From the sequence record SRR31156797_1079: a DNA stretch of 57,091 nt. One strand, given 5' to 3'. The notes beneath the pieces are model-generated. The model saw only the letters and a program-made list of their open reading frames with translations, did no database searches and was not told the origin of the DNA. Made by a program: the position numbers and the translations under genes. This document shows, one piece after another, positions 1 to 9,656 of the stretch; the first letter of the stretch is position 1, and each line of letters starts with the position of its first letter.

Positions 1-534
1 TTGCTGACCTCCTGAAAGAAAGGTTCCTTTATTGTGCAGGGAATCTTTAACTTCTTCCCATAAACCAACTTCGCGTAAGGACTTTTCGACTATTTCATCC
101 TTTTCGGAACGTTTTAATCTTATTCCATTTAAGTTGAATCCTGCTATAACATTGTCGTAAATGCTCATTGTAGGAAAAGGATTCGGACGTTGAAAAACCA
201 TTCCAATCTTTCTTCTCAACTGTATGGGATTTATTTTATATATGTTCTCTTCACCTAAATAAACAGCTCCTTTGTTATGAGTGTTTGGGTACAATTCGTG
301 CATGCGGTTTATGGCTCTTAGAAGTGTACTTTTTCCACATCCCGAAGGTCCCATAATTGCCGTAATTTTGTTCTTAGCTATTCCTGCAGATACATTGTTT
401 ATGGCATATTTGTCACCACCGTATGAAACCGACAAATCGTCGATTTTTAGAACTGGCGATGCTATGTTTTCTATAGGAGACTGTATCATACTGCTATCTT
501 TATATGTTTGCTTTGTCAACTCTGTTTCTTTCAT
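1..534 (-). CDS. pstB: Phosphate ABC transporter ATP-binding protein (3' end runs off the window)
   Basis: Not in the ORF track. My translation of the minus strand from ATG at 534 (overlapping the pstA TAA) gives Walker A MGPSGCGKST, GMVFQRPNPFP and the signature LSGGQQ at the window edge; it lies downstream of pstSCA. Confidence 0.95.
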   Translation of the reverse strand, partial: MKETELTKQTYKDSSMIQSPIENIASPVLKIDDLSVSYGGDKYAINNVSAGIAKNKITAIMGPSGCGKSTLLRAINRMHELYPNTHNKGAVYLGEENIYKINPIQLRRKIGMVFQRPNPFPTMSIYDNVIAGFNLNGIRLKRSEKDEIVEKSLREVGLWEEVKDSLHNKGTFLSGGQQ

Positions 535-1427
535 TAGTATTGTACTTTCCATTTTTTTGCAATTGCTTTGGCTGTTAAATTCAGACATAAGATTAGAAGT
601 AGTAGAATCAGGGATGCACTCCATATCATATTAACAAGATTTGGATCGTTATAAAACTCCCAAACCAAGAGAGGTACTGCACTCGATGGTTCAGTGATAT
701 TCGTGTTAATCGCAGTACTTCCTAATGCGGTTAGCATTAGTGGTGCCGTTTCACCTGCAATTCTTGATATCCCAAGTATTACTCCTGTAAGTATGCCCGA
801 TATCCCGGTAGGTAATATTACTTTTAATATTGTTTTGTGATAGGGAACCCCTAGTGATAAAGCGGCTTCCTTTAGAGTTCCAGGAATCATTTTAAGAGTT
901 TCCTCTGTAGAACGAACTATTGAAGGCAGCATCATGATGGATAAGGCAACACTACCTGCTAAAGCTGAAAAACCACCAGTTACAGGTTTTACAATCCAGA
1001 TGTAACCAATAACTCCCAAAACAATGGATGGTACTCCTTGTAACATGTCCACAATAAAACGAACGATGCCAGGGAATCTTCCTTCGGAGTTTTCTGACAA
1101 ATAGATACCACAAATAATACCTAATGGAATTGCAATTATTGAAGCCATTCCAACGATTATTAATGTACCTACAATACCATTTGCTATTCCACCCGGAATG
1201 ATTTCATTGTTTGCGATTGCAATCATTGCCTCCATAGTATCGGGAGCTACCTCGAAGAAAAAGTTGATGTTTAATTGACGATACCCTTTTATCACCAATT
1301 GATAAAGTATTAAAAACAAAGGTACACTCGAAAGAAAGGCTAAAGACATCATTACATAGGTAAAGATCTTATCCTTAAACAAGCGCTGCTTCATTTTTCT
1401 GTCTGATAGTTCTGTTGAGATATTCAT
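534..1427 (-). CDS. pstA: Phosphate ABC transporter permease PstA
   Basis: Multi-TM protein with GVPSIVLG, the EAA loop (LKEAALSLG) and RIAGETAPL; operon context. Confidence 0.95.
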   Translation of the reverse strand: MNISTELSDRKMKQRLFKDKIFTYVMMSLAFLSSVPLFLILYQLVIKGYRQLNINFFFEVAPDTMEAMIAIANNEIIPGGIANGIVGTLIIVGMASIIAIPLGIICGIYLSENSEGRFPGIVRFIVDMLQGVPSIVLGVIGYIWIVKPVTGGFSALAGSVALSIMMLPSIVRSTEETLKMIPGTLKEAALSLGVPYHKTILKVILPTGISGILTGVILGISRIAGETAPLMLTALGSTAINTNITEPSSAVPLLVWEFYNDPNLVNMIWSASLILLLLILCLNLTAKAIAKKWKVQY

Positions 1428-1445
1428 TTCTATATATGATAAAGG

Positions 1446-2300
1446 CTATGCCGATAATTTTCTCATAATTAATTTGCCGATATAATTTACAATACCTGTA
1501 ATAACGAATAGAAGTAAACCGATTTCAATTAAGGCAGTGTATTTAAGACCTTCGGCTTCGCCAAATTGGTTGGCAATTAAACTTGCCATGGTATTTCCCA
1601 AGTCGAATATTCCTGTCGGAATTTTGTTAGAGTTACCAATTAGCATGGTTACTGCCATGGTTTCCCCAATTGCTCTTCCTAATGCGAGTATGTATCCTGC
1701 AAATATTCCTGATCCTGCATTTGGGACAATAACATTTCGAACCACTTCGAATCGTGTTGCTCCTAGAGAATAAGCGGCTTCTTTTAAACTCCCTGGAACC
1801 ATTGAAATCACTTCGGCACCCAAAGAGGAAGCGTAAGGAATAATCATGATTGCAAGAATGATGGAAGAAGTGAAAATTCCAAAACCCTGAGCATTTAAGC
1901 CTAACTCTGCAACCAATGGTTTTAGTGCATAAAACCCCCATAATCCGTAAACTACGGATGGAATACCGGCTAGAAGATCAACAACAGATCTTAAAAAGGA
2001 AGGCAATTTGCCATTCTTAAAATATTCACCTAAAAATAGGGAGATTGAAAAGGCAAAAGGAAAGGTGATAAGTAAAGCCAGAATGGACGTTAATAAAGTT
2101 CCGATTATAAATGGCAATGCACCATAAGATTCTCTGCCTTCAGTCGGATTCCATTCTGAAGAATATATAAATCCAAATCCAAATTCTTTAAAAGAAGGAA
2201 TGGATCCAATAAATAGGGTCGTAACAATTCCTATTGCAATTAATACAATTAAAACGCCACTGCCTATTAGAAGATATTTAAATAATTTTTCGCTGTTCAT
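1446..2300 (-). CDS. pstC: Phosphate ABC transporter permease PstC
   Basis: LLAGIPSVVYGLWG, EAAYSLGATRFE and LGRAIGETMAV motifs. Confidence 0.95.
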   Translation of the reverse strand: MNSEKLFKYLLIGSGVLIVLIAIGIVTTLFIGSIPSFKEFGFGFIYSSEWNPTEGRESYGALPFIIGTLLTSILALLITFPFAFSISLFLGEYFKNGKLPSFLRSVVDLLAGIPSVVYGLWGFYALKPLVAELGLNAQGFGIFTSSIILAIMIIPYASSLGAEVISMVPGSLKEAAYSLGATRFEVVRNVIVPNAGSGIFAGYILALGRAIGETMAVTMLIGNSNKIPTGIFDLGNTMASLIANQFGEAEGLKYTALIEIGLLLFVITGIVNYIGKLIMRKLSA

Positions 2301-2324
2301 GCTTGAACGATTCTGTTTGAAAAG

Positions 2325-2402
2325 AACGAACTTGCTTCAATTGATTGTCTGGAGAACTTTCAATTCTTATTTTAACCATAAGAAGACTGAAACAAGTTCG
2401 TT
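2325..2402 (-). repeat. Intergenic inverted repeat between pstS and pstC (possible mRNA-stabilising stem)
   Basis: AACGAACTTGCTTCA (2325-2339) vs TGAAACAAGTTCGTT (2388-2402): 14/15 complementary, about 48-nt loop. Confidence 0.55.
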
Positions 2403-2420
2403 GTTTGATTTAAATCTCGT

Positions 2421-3491
2421 TTACTTTAATGCTTTACCGTTGTAGGTAACTTTACTGAGAACAGCTTTGGCTTTAGCAACAGCTGCCTCCGGAAGAGGAG
2501 CATAGTGTACTTTAGTCGTCTCTTTTTGAGCATCAGCGCTTACAAGCCAATCGATTAATTTAATGGTTTGAGCTGCCTGATCCTGACTTCTGTCATTATA
2601 GTTTTGCTCTTTGTAAATAATTAGCCAGGTAAAACTAGAGATTGGATATCCGTCAGCGGCATCCGTATTGGTTAAGCTTACGCGTGTATCAGCAGGCATA
2701 TCACCTTTTGCCGATGCGCTTACCGATTCTACTGATGGCTTGATATAGTTACCAGACTGATTTTGAAGACTTGCAACTGGAATTCCCATCGCGAAAGCGT
2801 ATTCTGATCCGATATAACCTATTGCACCCTTAGTTTGGCTAATTGTTCCTGCTACACCAGGATTACCTTTTGCACCAATACCTACTGGCCATTGAAGCGC
2901 CTTGCCAGCACCAATTTTTTCAGCCCATTCAGAACTTACTTTGCTCATGTAATCGCTAAAAATAAAGGTTGTACCACTTCCATCAGAACGATATACTACA
3001 GTAATTTCAAGATCTGGTAAATTAACTTCTGGATTTATCGCAGCTATTTTAGCATCATTCCACTTGGTAATTTTTCCCATAAAAACACCTTCCATCAATT
3101 CAGGAGTGAATTTCAATTCTGGTTTACCTGGTAAATTGTAAGCAGCAACTACAGCTCCTAAACAGGTTGGAATATGAAGAACTTCTCCTGGCATATCCGC
3201 TAATTTCTTATCGTTTAAGAAAGCGTCACTGGCACCAAAATCAACAATTTTATCTTTTAAGCTTCGGATTCCACCACCAGAACCAATTCCACCATAAGTA
3301 ACCAAAAGACCTTGTTCTTTGGTGTATCCTTTAAAAACTTTATTGTAAAAAGGCTGTGGGAAGGTTGCCCCGGCACCTGTAATACTTTTTGCTTTTTTAT
3401 TGTTAGCAGTCTTGTCTTTTCCTGAATTACCACAACTTGCCAATAGTGCAACTGCAATAATTGCAGTAAAGATCAATTGTAACTTTTTCAT
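2421..3491 (-). CDS. pstS: Phosphate-binding lipoprotein PstS
   Basis: Lipobox LASC; GAGATFP, GIGSGGG, VDFGASD and RSDGSGTT motifs. Confidence 0.96.
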   Translation of the reverse strand: MKKLQLIFTAIIAVALLASCGNSGKDKTANNKKAKSITGAGATFPQPFYNKVFKGYTKEQGLLVTYGGIGSGGGIRSLKDKIVDFGASDAFLNDKKLADMPGEVLHIPTCLGAVVAAYNLPGKPELKFTPELMEGVFMGKITKWNDAKIAAINPEVNLPDLEITVVYRSDGSGTTFIFSDYMSKVSSEWAEKIGAGKALQWPVGIGAKGNPGVAGTISQTKGAIGYIGSEYAFAMGIPVASLQNQSGNYIKPSVESVSASAKGDMPADTRVSLTNTDAADGYPISSFTWLIIYKEQNYNDRSQDQAAQTIKLIDWLVSADAQKETTKVHYAPLPEAAVAKAKAVLSKVTYNGKALK

Positions 3492-3621
3492 TCTTTTTAG
3501 ATTTTAGTTTAAAAACGATTGTTCGTAGATTTTTTATAATTTTAAAATCCTTGTCGATACATTACATAGTATGAATTGGTTTACTGTTTGTCCCAATTCC
3601 ATACTACAATGTTAGAAAGCT

Positions 3622-3662
3622 AATGTTACAGGAATATTACAGCAATGTTAATAAAACGTTAC
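3622..3662 (-). promoter_or_regulatory. Pho-box-like array of four direct repeats at 11-bp period upstream of pstS
   Basis: On +: AATGTTAC 3622, AATATTAC 3633, AATGTTAA 3644, AACGTTAC 3655. The 11-bp phasing is typical of PhoB/PhoP (OmpR family) sites. Confidence 0.7.
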
Positions 3663-3784
3663 TAGTTGTAAGTGTCAGAAAAACAGGAAGAAAACTTTTT
3701 GCAGATAGCGGATTTTATTAAATTTAATGACTGATATATTCTGGTTGTAACAATTTATTTTCACACAAAACACACTAATTCAGC

Positions 3785-4531
3785 ATGAATAATGATTTAC
3801 AAAAAGTTGCAGAACTTATACTAAACTCTGAGTCGATGATTGCATTTACAGGAGCTGGTGTTTCTGTTGAGAGTGGTATTCCACCTTTTCGTGGACCTAA
3901 TGGTTTGTGGAGTAAATACGATCCAAAATGTTTGGATCTGGATTTCTTTTATGCAGAACCTGAGGAGTCTTGGAAGGCGATCAAATCCATTTTTTATGAT
4001 TTTTTTGGAAAAGCAAAATACAATAAGGCTCATGAAATTCTAGCCAGATGGGAAGAAAAAGGAGTGTTAAAATCTATCGTTACACAAAATATTGATAATC
4101 TGCATCAGGAAGCCGGATCGAAAAGCGTATTTGAATTTCATGGGAACTCACAAAAGTTAATCTGTGCTGCATGCGAACAGGTGTTTTTACCAAAGGAAAT
4201 CGATTTGGAAAAATTGCCTCCCTTGTGTCCAAATGATAAATCGGTTTTGAAACCTGATTTTGTATTTTTTGGAGAAGGAATTCCTGAAAATGCTTATCGA
4301 AAATCATTGTTGGCAGCACAAAATGCTGATGTGGTTCTGATAATTGGAACCACAGGGGAAGTTTATCCTGCTGCGAGTATTCCAATTGAAGCAAAACGAA
4401 ATGGAGCTACAATAGTCGAGATTAATACTGGGAAATCGAACTATACGGATAGTATTACGGATTTTTTTCTTCAAGGTAAAGCAGGTGAAATATTGGGAGA
4501 ATTGGAAGAAATAATTATAGTGAAAGCGTAG
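3785..4531 (+). CDS. cobB: NAD-dependent protein deacylase (Sir2/CobB family)
   Basis: FTGAGVSVESGIPPFRG, TQNIDNLHQEAG, EFHGN and KPDFVFFGE motifs. Confidence 0.92.
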   Translation: MNNDLQKVAELILNSESMIAFTGAGVSVESGIPPFRGPNGLWSKYDPKCLDLDFFYAEPEESWKAIKSIFYDFFGKAKYNKAHEILARWEEKGVLKSIVTQNIDNLHQEAGSKSVFEFHGNSQKLICAACEQVFLPKEIDLEKLPPLCPNDKSVLKPDFVFFGEGIPENAYRKSLLAAQNADVVLIIGTTGEVYPAASIPIEAKRNGATIVEINTGKSNYTDSITDFFLQGKAGEILGELEEIIIVKA

Positions 4532-4775
4532 TTTACTTATTTGATATGTTGTGGTTTGGAAAAAGGAGTGGAAATCTTCTGTGCTGTTTTGTTAAGACTT
4601 GCGAAGCTCAAATTTGAAATAATAAAAGTATTATAGACGAAAATATTTTATATTTGTTAGCGATTTTGAGGGATTGAGCGATTAAATTATTTCTCTATTC
4701 CATACTAAATCAAGTGATACTATACCGGATGATCCGGATTGTTTAGGAAATTATTAAAATTCAAAATAGAATTTC

Positions 4776-5522
4776 ATGAAATTATTAGAAGGAAAAACAG
4801 CGATTGTTACTGGTGCTTCACGTGGTATTGGTAAAGCGGTTGCAATTGAGTTTGCAAAACAAGGTGCTAATGTTGCTTTTACTGATTTGTTCTACAATGA
4901 GCAAGCAATCGAAACTGAAAAGGAAATTGCTTCTTACGGTGTAAAAGCTAAAGGATATGCTTCTGATGCAAGTAACTTTGCAGATACAGATAAAGTAGTT
5001 GCTGAGATTGTTAAAGAATTCGGAGCTATTGATATTTTGGTAAACAATGCAGGTATCACGAAAGATACTTTATTGATGCGTATGACTGAAGAGCAGTGGG
5101 ATATGGTTATCAACGTAAACTTGAAATCTGTATTCAACTTCACCAAAGCAGTTCAACGTACAATGCTAAAGCAGCGTAGTGGTTCTATCATCAACATGAG
5201 TTCTGTTGTAGGTGTTAGCGGTAACGCTGGTCAATCTAACTACTCAGCTTCTAAGGCGGGTATCATCGGATTTTCAAAATCAGTTGCTAAGGAATTAGGA
5301 TCAAGAGGTATCCGTTCTAATGCAATTGCTCCAGGTTTCATCATTACTGAAATGACAGGTAAACTTCCTGAAGATGTAGTGAAAGAGTGGGCTGGTAAAA
5401 TTCCATTGAAAAGAGGAGGAACTCCAGAAGAGATTGCACAAACTTGTGTGTATTTAGGATCTGATCTTTCTTCTTATGTAACCGGACAAACAATTCACGT
5501 TTGTGGTGGTATGAACATGTAA
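4776..5522 (+). CDS. fabG: 3-oxoacyl-ACP reductase
   Basis: TGASRGIG, NNAGITKD, GNAGQSNYSASKAG; codon usage looks like a highly expressed gene. Confidence 0.93.
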   Translation: MKLLEGKTAIVTGASRGIGKAVAIEFAKQGANVAFTDLFYNEQAIETEKEIASYGVKAKGYASDASNFADTDKVVAEIVKEFGAIDILVNNAGITKDTLLMRMTEEQWDMVINVNLKSVFNFTKAVQRTMLKQRSGSIINMSSVVGVSGNAGQSNYSASKAGIIGFSKSVAKELGSRGIRSNAIAPGFIITEMTGKLPEDVVKEWAGKIPLKRGGTPEEIAQTCVYLGSDLSSYVTGQTIHVCGGMNM

Positions 5523-5542
5523 GAGATTACAAAGAATATTTC

Positions 5543-5572
5543 AAAGCCATTCTTTCGGGAATGGCTTTTTTT
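5543..5572. terminator. Bidirectional intrinsic terminator between fabG and plsY
   Basis: AAAGCCATTC-tttcgg-GAATGGCTTT followed by a T run, between convergent genes. Confidence 0.85.
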
Positions 5573-6167
5573 ATGCGCCTAACTCTTCTCCTTTCAATAA
5601 TCGCTTGATATTGGATTGATGTTGAACGATGATAAGTATTCCCACAACTATCAAGTAAATTAGGATATGATTGTATCCGTAAAGAAAGTAGAATGAAATG
5701 GGTAAACTAAGTGCAATAAACAAAGAGCCTAAGGATACGAATTTAAATACGTAACGTACGATAAAATAAACCGATACAGCGATAAATACAGGAATAGGAC
5801 AAATTAAAACACTAGCGCCCAAACTGGTGTTAACTCCCTTACCACCTTTTAGTTCCAAAAATAGGCTAAAATTGTGACCTAGTATTGCCGCAAGTGCAAC
5901 AAATAGAACAGAGTCTGGGGGAACGGCAAAACCATATCGGTGCATATTTAAAGTAATGAGCACAGGAACAAGACCTTTTAGCATATCTAAGACCTGAGTT
6001 AAAATTGAAGCTTTTTTGCCTGCAATTCGTCTCACATTGGTTGAGCCGATATTACCACTTCCATGATCCTGTATATTTTTACCTGTTACCTTTTTGGTAA
6101 TCCAGTATCCAAAAGGGATAGAACCCAATAGGTAGGCAAAAATTGTTAGTATTATTGCTATTATCAT
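5571..6167 (-). CDS. plsY: Acyl-phosphate:glycerol-3-phosphate acyltransferase PlsY
   Basis: YLLGSIP, GSGNIGSTNVRR, DMLKG, GHNFS, GGKGV and the C-terminal HQSNIKRLLKGEE motif. Confidence 0.93.
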   Translation of the reverse strand: MIIAIILTIFAYLLGSIPFGYWITKKVTGKNIQDHGSGNIGSTNVRRIAGKKASILTQVLDMLKGLVPVLITLNMHRYGFAVPPDSVLFVALAAILGHNFSLFLELKGGKGVNTSLGASVLICPIPVFIAVSVYFIVRYVFKFVSLGSLFIALSLPISFYFLYGYNHILIYLIVVGILIIVQHQSNIKRLLKGEELGA

Positions 6168-6176
6168 TGATATGTT

Positions 6177-7973
6177 TTATTCTGTGATTAATGCTACTGC
6201 AGCTGTTCCTACTCCTGCATGCATTGCTATAACAGGAGAGATATTTACTACAGCAACAGGTTCTTGTTTGCTGAGTTTTTTCATCTGAGATTTATACCAA
6301 TTGGCAGCTTCTGGATTGTTGGCATGTAAAATTATGTATTTCCAAATATTTTTTTGATCGGTTAATTTTGCCACAGTTTTCATTACCAGCTTAAGGTTGG
6401 ATTTGTGCGTATAGGTCTTTCCAAACACAAGAGATTTTCCATCCTTATCTAAAGATATGATTGGATTGATATTTAACAAGCGAGCAATTAATCCTTTGGT
6501 GTGGGAAACTCTACCTCCTTTAACCATGTATTTTAAAGTTTTAACACTTACAAAAATATTGGTATTGTTTTGCCATTCTTTAAGTGATTCTATTATTTCT
6601 GACGTTTGAATTCCTGATGCAATGGCTTCTGCAATTTTTAATACCTGTAATCCTAATGCTCCGGAAACACCTTTTGAATCGATTACGTGAATAGGGGTGC
6701 TCTTTGTGGAGGATATTTTATCAGCAGCTTTAATGGCATTATTAATAGTACCACTCAATTTTTCACTTAAATGTATGGATACCACGGCATCGTAATAGTC
6801 CGCTAAGCGGCTATATAATTTTTCAAAACTCTGAGTATTGCATTGCGACGTTACGGGAAATTCAGCACTGGTATCCAGCATTTCATAAAATTGATCATGT
6901 TGTATGGTCAAGCGATCGAGGTAATGATTCTGACCAAAATACAAGTTGATAGGAATCATGTTGATTTGATAATGATCAAGTATTTCCTGTGGCAAATCGC
7001 AAGTTGAATCGGTAACCAATGCAATTTTTGCTTTAGGAGCAATCGCCATTTCATTTTGACGAACCATGTCATCTACTTTCTGAAATGTAATGGTTCCGGA
7101 ATCTTTTAATTCCTGAAAAACCTGATCGGGATGATTGGTATGAAAATGCAATCGTTGCATTTTACTCGATCCCGCAACCACAACGGAATCTCCATTTTTA
7201 TCTAATAAATCTTTTAGTTGCTTACTATTCCAGCTAAAATTTTTAATTACAGCCTCAGTGCAATATCGATAAGTAATTTTACTCCCTAAACTTTCATTGA
7301 TTACTGGCAATTCAGCACTTGTATGATTTTGCGCCATTAGTTCCTGAATATTCCCATTCTTTATAAAATCAATAATGCCTTCTATAAACAAGACAAAACC
7401 TTTGGCTCCCGCATCAACCACATTGGCTTTACTCAATACCTTTAATTTGTCAGTGGTTTCAAATAATGATTTTTTTAAGGTTTCAAGAGAACTTAGGAAA
7501 ATTTGATTGAAGTCTGAAATCAGATCCTTATTGCTGTGGATGTATTCTGCCCAATCTCGTATTACGGTTAACATTGTTCCCTCAACCGGATTGCTGATGG
7601 CATCATAAATATATGTAATCGAATTGTTCACGCTTGAGGCAAAATCAGACATTTTAATTTTGTCTTCATTAGCAGTTTCCATTGATAGACCGTAAAGAAA
7701 TTGAGCGAAAATTATTCCTGAATTTCCTCTCGCTCCAATCAAGGCAGCTTCGGCGATATTGTCAGCAGTTGTTTTATACGATTTATTGGGACTTGTATTG
7801 TCGAGAATGGCTTGTAAAGTAGCGACTAAATTTGTGCCGGTATCCTTATCGTTAACAGGAAATACATTTATTCTGTTGATTTCCGCCTGATGTTCAAAAA
7901 CTCGTTTTGCACCAGCTACAAAGGTATAATACAAATTTCTTCCGTCTAACTCTCTTATCGGATCAATGTTCAT
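6177..7973 (-). CDS. Fatty acid kinase fusion: N-terminal DAK2/FakA kinase plus C-terminal DegV/FakB fatty-acid-binding domain
   Basis: FakA motifs NVFPVNDKDTGTN, GARGNSG, EGTMLTV, VDAGAKG, YCTE, HFHT; DegV motifs VTDSTCDLP, TSQ, LSGT, IDSKGVS, GGRV, HAG. ATG at 7973 preferred over the TTG at 8015. Confidence 0.88.
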   Translation of the reverse strand: MNIDPIRELDGRNLYYTFVAGAKRVFEHQAEINRINVFPVNDKDTGTNLVATLQAILDNTSPNKSYKTTADNIAEAALIGARGNSGIIFAQFLYGLSMETANEDKIKMSDFASSVNNSITYIYDAISNPVEGTMLTVIRDWAEYIHSNKDLISDFNQIFLSSLETLKKSLFETTDKLKVLSKANVVDAGAKGFVLFIEGIIDFIKNGNIQELMAQNHTSAELPVINESLGSKITYRYCTEAVIKNFSWNSKQLKDLLDKNGDSVVVAGSSKMQRLHFHTNHPDQVFQELKDSGTITFQKVDDMVRQNEMAIAPKAKIALVTDSTCDLPQEILDHYQINMIPINLYFGQNHYLDRLTIQHDQFYEMLDTSAEFPVTSQCNTQSFEKLYSRLADYYDAVVSIHLSEKLSGTINNAIKAADKISSTKSTPIHVIDSKGVSGALGLQVLKIAEAIASGIQTSEIIESLKEWQNNTNIFVSVKTLKYMVKGGRVSHTKGLIARLLNINPIISLDKDGKSLVFGKTYTHKSNLKLVMKTVAKLTDQKNIWKYIILHANNPEAANWYKSQMKKLSKQEPVAVVNISPVIAMHAGVGTAAVALITE

Positions 7974-8096
7974 AATATGATTTCTATTGCCAGGTTTTGC
8001 TGTTTTAAGATACAATTAAAATTTAGAAATCAGTATTTAGTTAAGAATAAACCATATGGTAAAGAAGGATGGTTTTTTAATAAAAGTGTGGGAATT

Positions 8097-8126
8097 ACAA
8101 TTCACTACATTAATTCTACGGTTGGT
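8097..8126 (+). promoter_or_regulatory. Candidate LytTR-type direct-repeat operator
   Basis: ACAATTCAC (8097) and ACGGTTGGT (8118): 9-mers with a 12-bp spacer, imperfect matches to the LytTR consensus [TA][AC][CA]GTTN[AG][TG], upstream of the gene adjoining a LytTR system. Confidence 0.4.
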
Positions 8127-8192
8127 GGCAATTCGTTTTTTTGAGACTTAATTAATTCGGAATATTGTATCGTAGAAATAACACAAAATTAC

Positions 8193-9656
8193 ATGGAAAC
8201 ACTAAACTATAATAGGATGAAAAAATATTTACGCATTTTAACTGTTGTGATTTCAGTCTTTTTGCTATCAACCCCATTGGGATATGCAGGCAATGATGAC
8301 ATTGAAATTACGATTCGAAGAAATAACAATTGGAGATTAGAGAATATTAAAATTTCTTCCAACGGTGATATCGAATTTAATAATGATTATACTGATGTGG
8401 TTGGCATGTCGGAAGATGCTTACATTAAAATTAGCATGGTTAGTTTCGGTATGAGGCGAAAGTTATACATCTCATCGGATGATGGCAGAATTGTACGTAG
8501 GTATTTTGAAGGAAACAAAGAAGTTGCATTCGAACCTAAAGGGAGAGAATGGATGAAGAAGATGCTTCCGGATATTGTGCGAAATTCGGGTCTTGATTTG
8601 GAAAACAGAGTCAATAAAATCTATACAAAGAAGGGAATTTCGGGATTCTTAAGTGAATTGGAAGAAACCGATAGCGATTACTACCGATCGAGAATGGTAA
8701 AGTATTTATTGAAAAACAATAAATTGAATAAAAATGAACTTCAAAATTTGCTTAGAGAATTCCCATATCGCATAGATTCGGATTATGAAGTTTCTCAAAT
8801 TTACAAAAAGTACAATCCTGTATTTATTTCAGATCCCGAAGTGGCAAGTGAATTCTTTAGCAGTTTAAAGGAGATTTCATCGAACTATGAGTTGTCTCAG
8901 GTTTTAAAATCGGTTTACAGATTGAATGATTTGACTGAAGAAAACTTTACTCATTTTATTGAAGCAATGGATAATATTAGTTCGAATTACGAGAAATCAA
9001 ACCTAATGAAACTGGCTTTGAAGGATGATAAATTGACCGATAAACAGTTGAATATTATATTGGAAGAAGTTGATGACATCTCTTCGGATTACGAAAAATC
9101 TCAAATAATTAAATCCGTGCTTAAAGACAATGGATTAACAGATGGTAATATTGAAAAAATCATTGACCTGACAGAATCCATTTCTTCTGATTATGAAATG
9201 GGACAGATTATCAATACCATTATTCATGGTGAAATGCTTAGTCAGGAAAACTTAAATGAATTCACCTCTTTACTTGGAAATATTTCTTCAGATTATACTT
9301 ATAAAGGTATTTTGAATCAATTGATAAAATATGATGAACTTGGATCGGAGCGTTTCGATTTTCTAATTGAATCATCTGATAATATCTCTTCATCATATGA
9401 ATTGAGTAAGTTTTATAAGTCATTAATACTTAGTGGAGAACTTACCAAGAAGCAACAGTTAAAGTTGATAGATAAATCAGAAAATATCTCCTCTAATTAT
9501 GAATTAGCAAGTTTTTTAATCGTATCAAGTCAGAGAATGGATTTGGACGATGATGAAATTAGAGATGCTTTACTAGAGGCTACTCAGGAGATTAGTTCAG
9601 AGTATGAGTATGGTAAAGTTATGAAAGCAATTTATGCAAGAGATAGAAACAAATAA
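8193..9656 (+). CDS. Secreted protein with ten 34-35 aa helical 'ISS[DN]YE' repeats
   Basis: Sec signal peptide (start possibly 8217, cleavage about GYA|G), beta-rich N-terminal domain, then tandem repeats. Confidence 0.85.
   Translation: METLNYNRMKKYLRILTVVISVFLLSTPLGYAGNDDIEITIRRNNNWRLENIKISSNGDIEFNNDYTDVVGMSEDAYIKISMVSFGMRRKLYISSDDGRIVRRYFEGNKEVAFEPKGREWMKKMLPDIVRNSGLDLENRVNKIYTKKGISGFLSELEETDSDYYRSRMVKYLLKNNKLNKNELQNLLREFPYRIDSDYEVSQIYKKYNPVFISDPEVASEFFSSLKEISSNYELSQVLKSVYRLNDLTEENFTHFIEAMDNISSNYEKSNLMKLALKDDKLTDKQLNIILEEVDDISSDYEKSQIIKSVLKDNGLTDGNIEKIIDLTESISSDYEMGQIINTIIHGEMLSQENLNEFTSLLGNISSDYTYKGILNQLIKYDELGSERFDFLIESSDNISSSYELSKFYKSLILSGELTKKQQLKLIDKSENISSNYELASFLIVSSQRMDLDDDEIRDALLEATQEISSEYEYGKVMKAIYARDRNK
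8670..9640 (+). repeat. Coding tandem repeat, 102-nt (34-aa) period
   Basis: Motif serine codons at 8673, 8778, 8880, 8982, 9084, 9186, 9288, 9390, 9492 and 9597. Confidence 0.9.

Noticed and set aside
3785..4531. SIR2 anti-phage defence gene
   Set aside because: Canonical short CobB-type sirtuin, with no Thoeris, DSR, Argonaute or HerA partner nearby.
8670..9640. CRISPR-like or DNA-level repeat array
   Set aside because: The repeats are conserved at protein level with synonymous variation inside an ORF; no cas genes.
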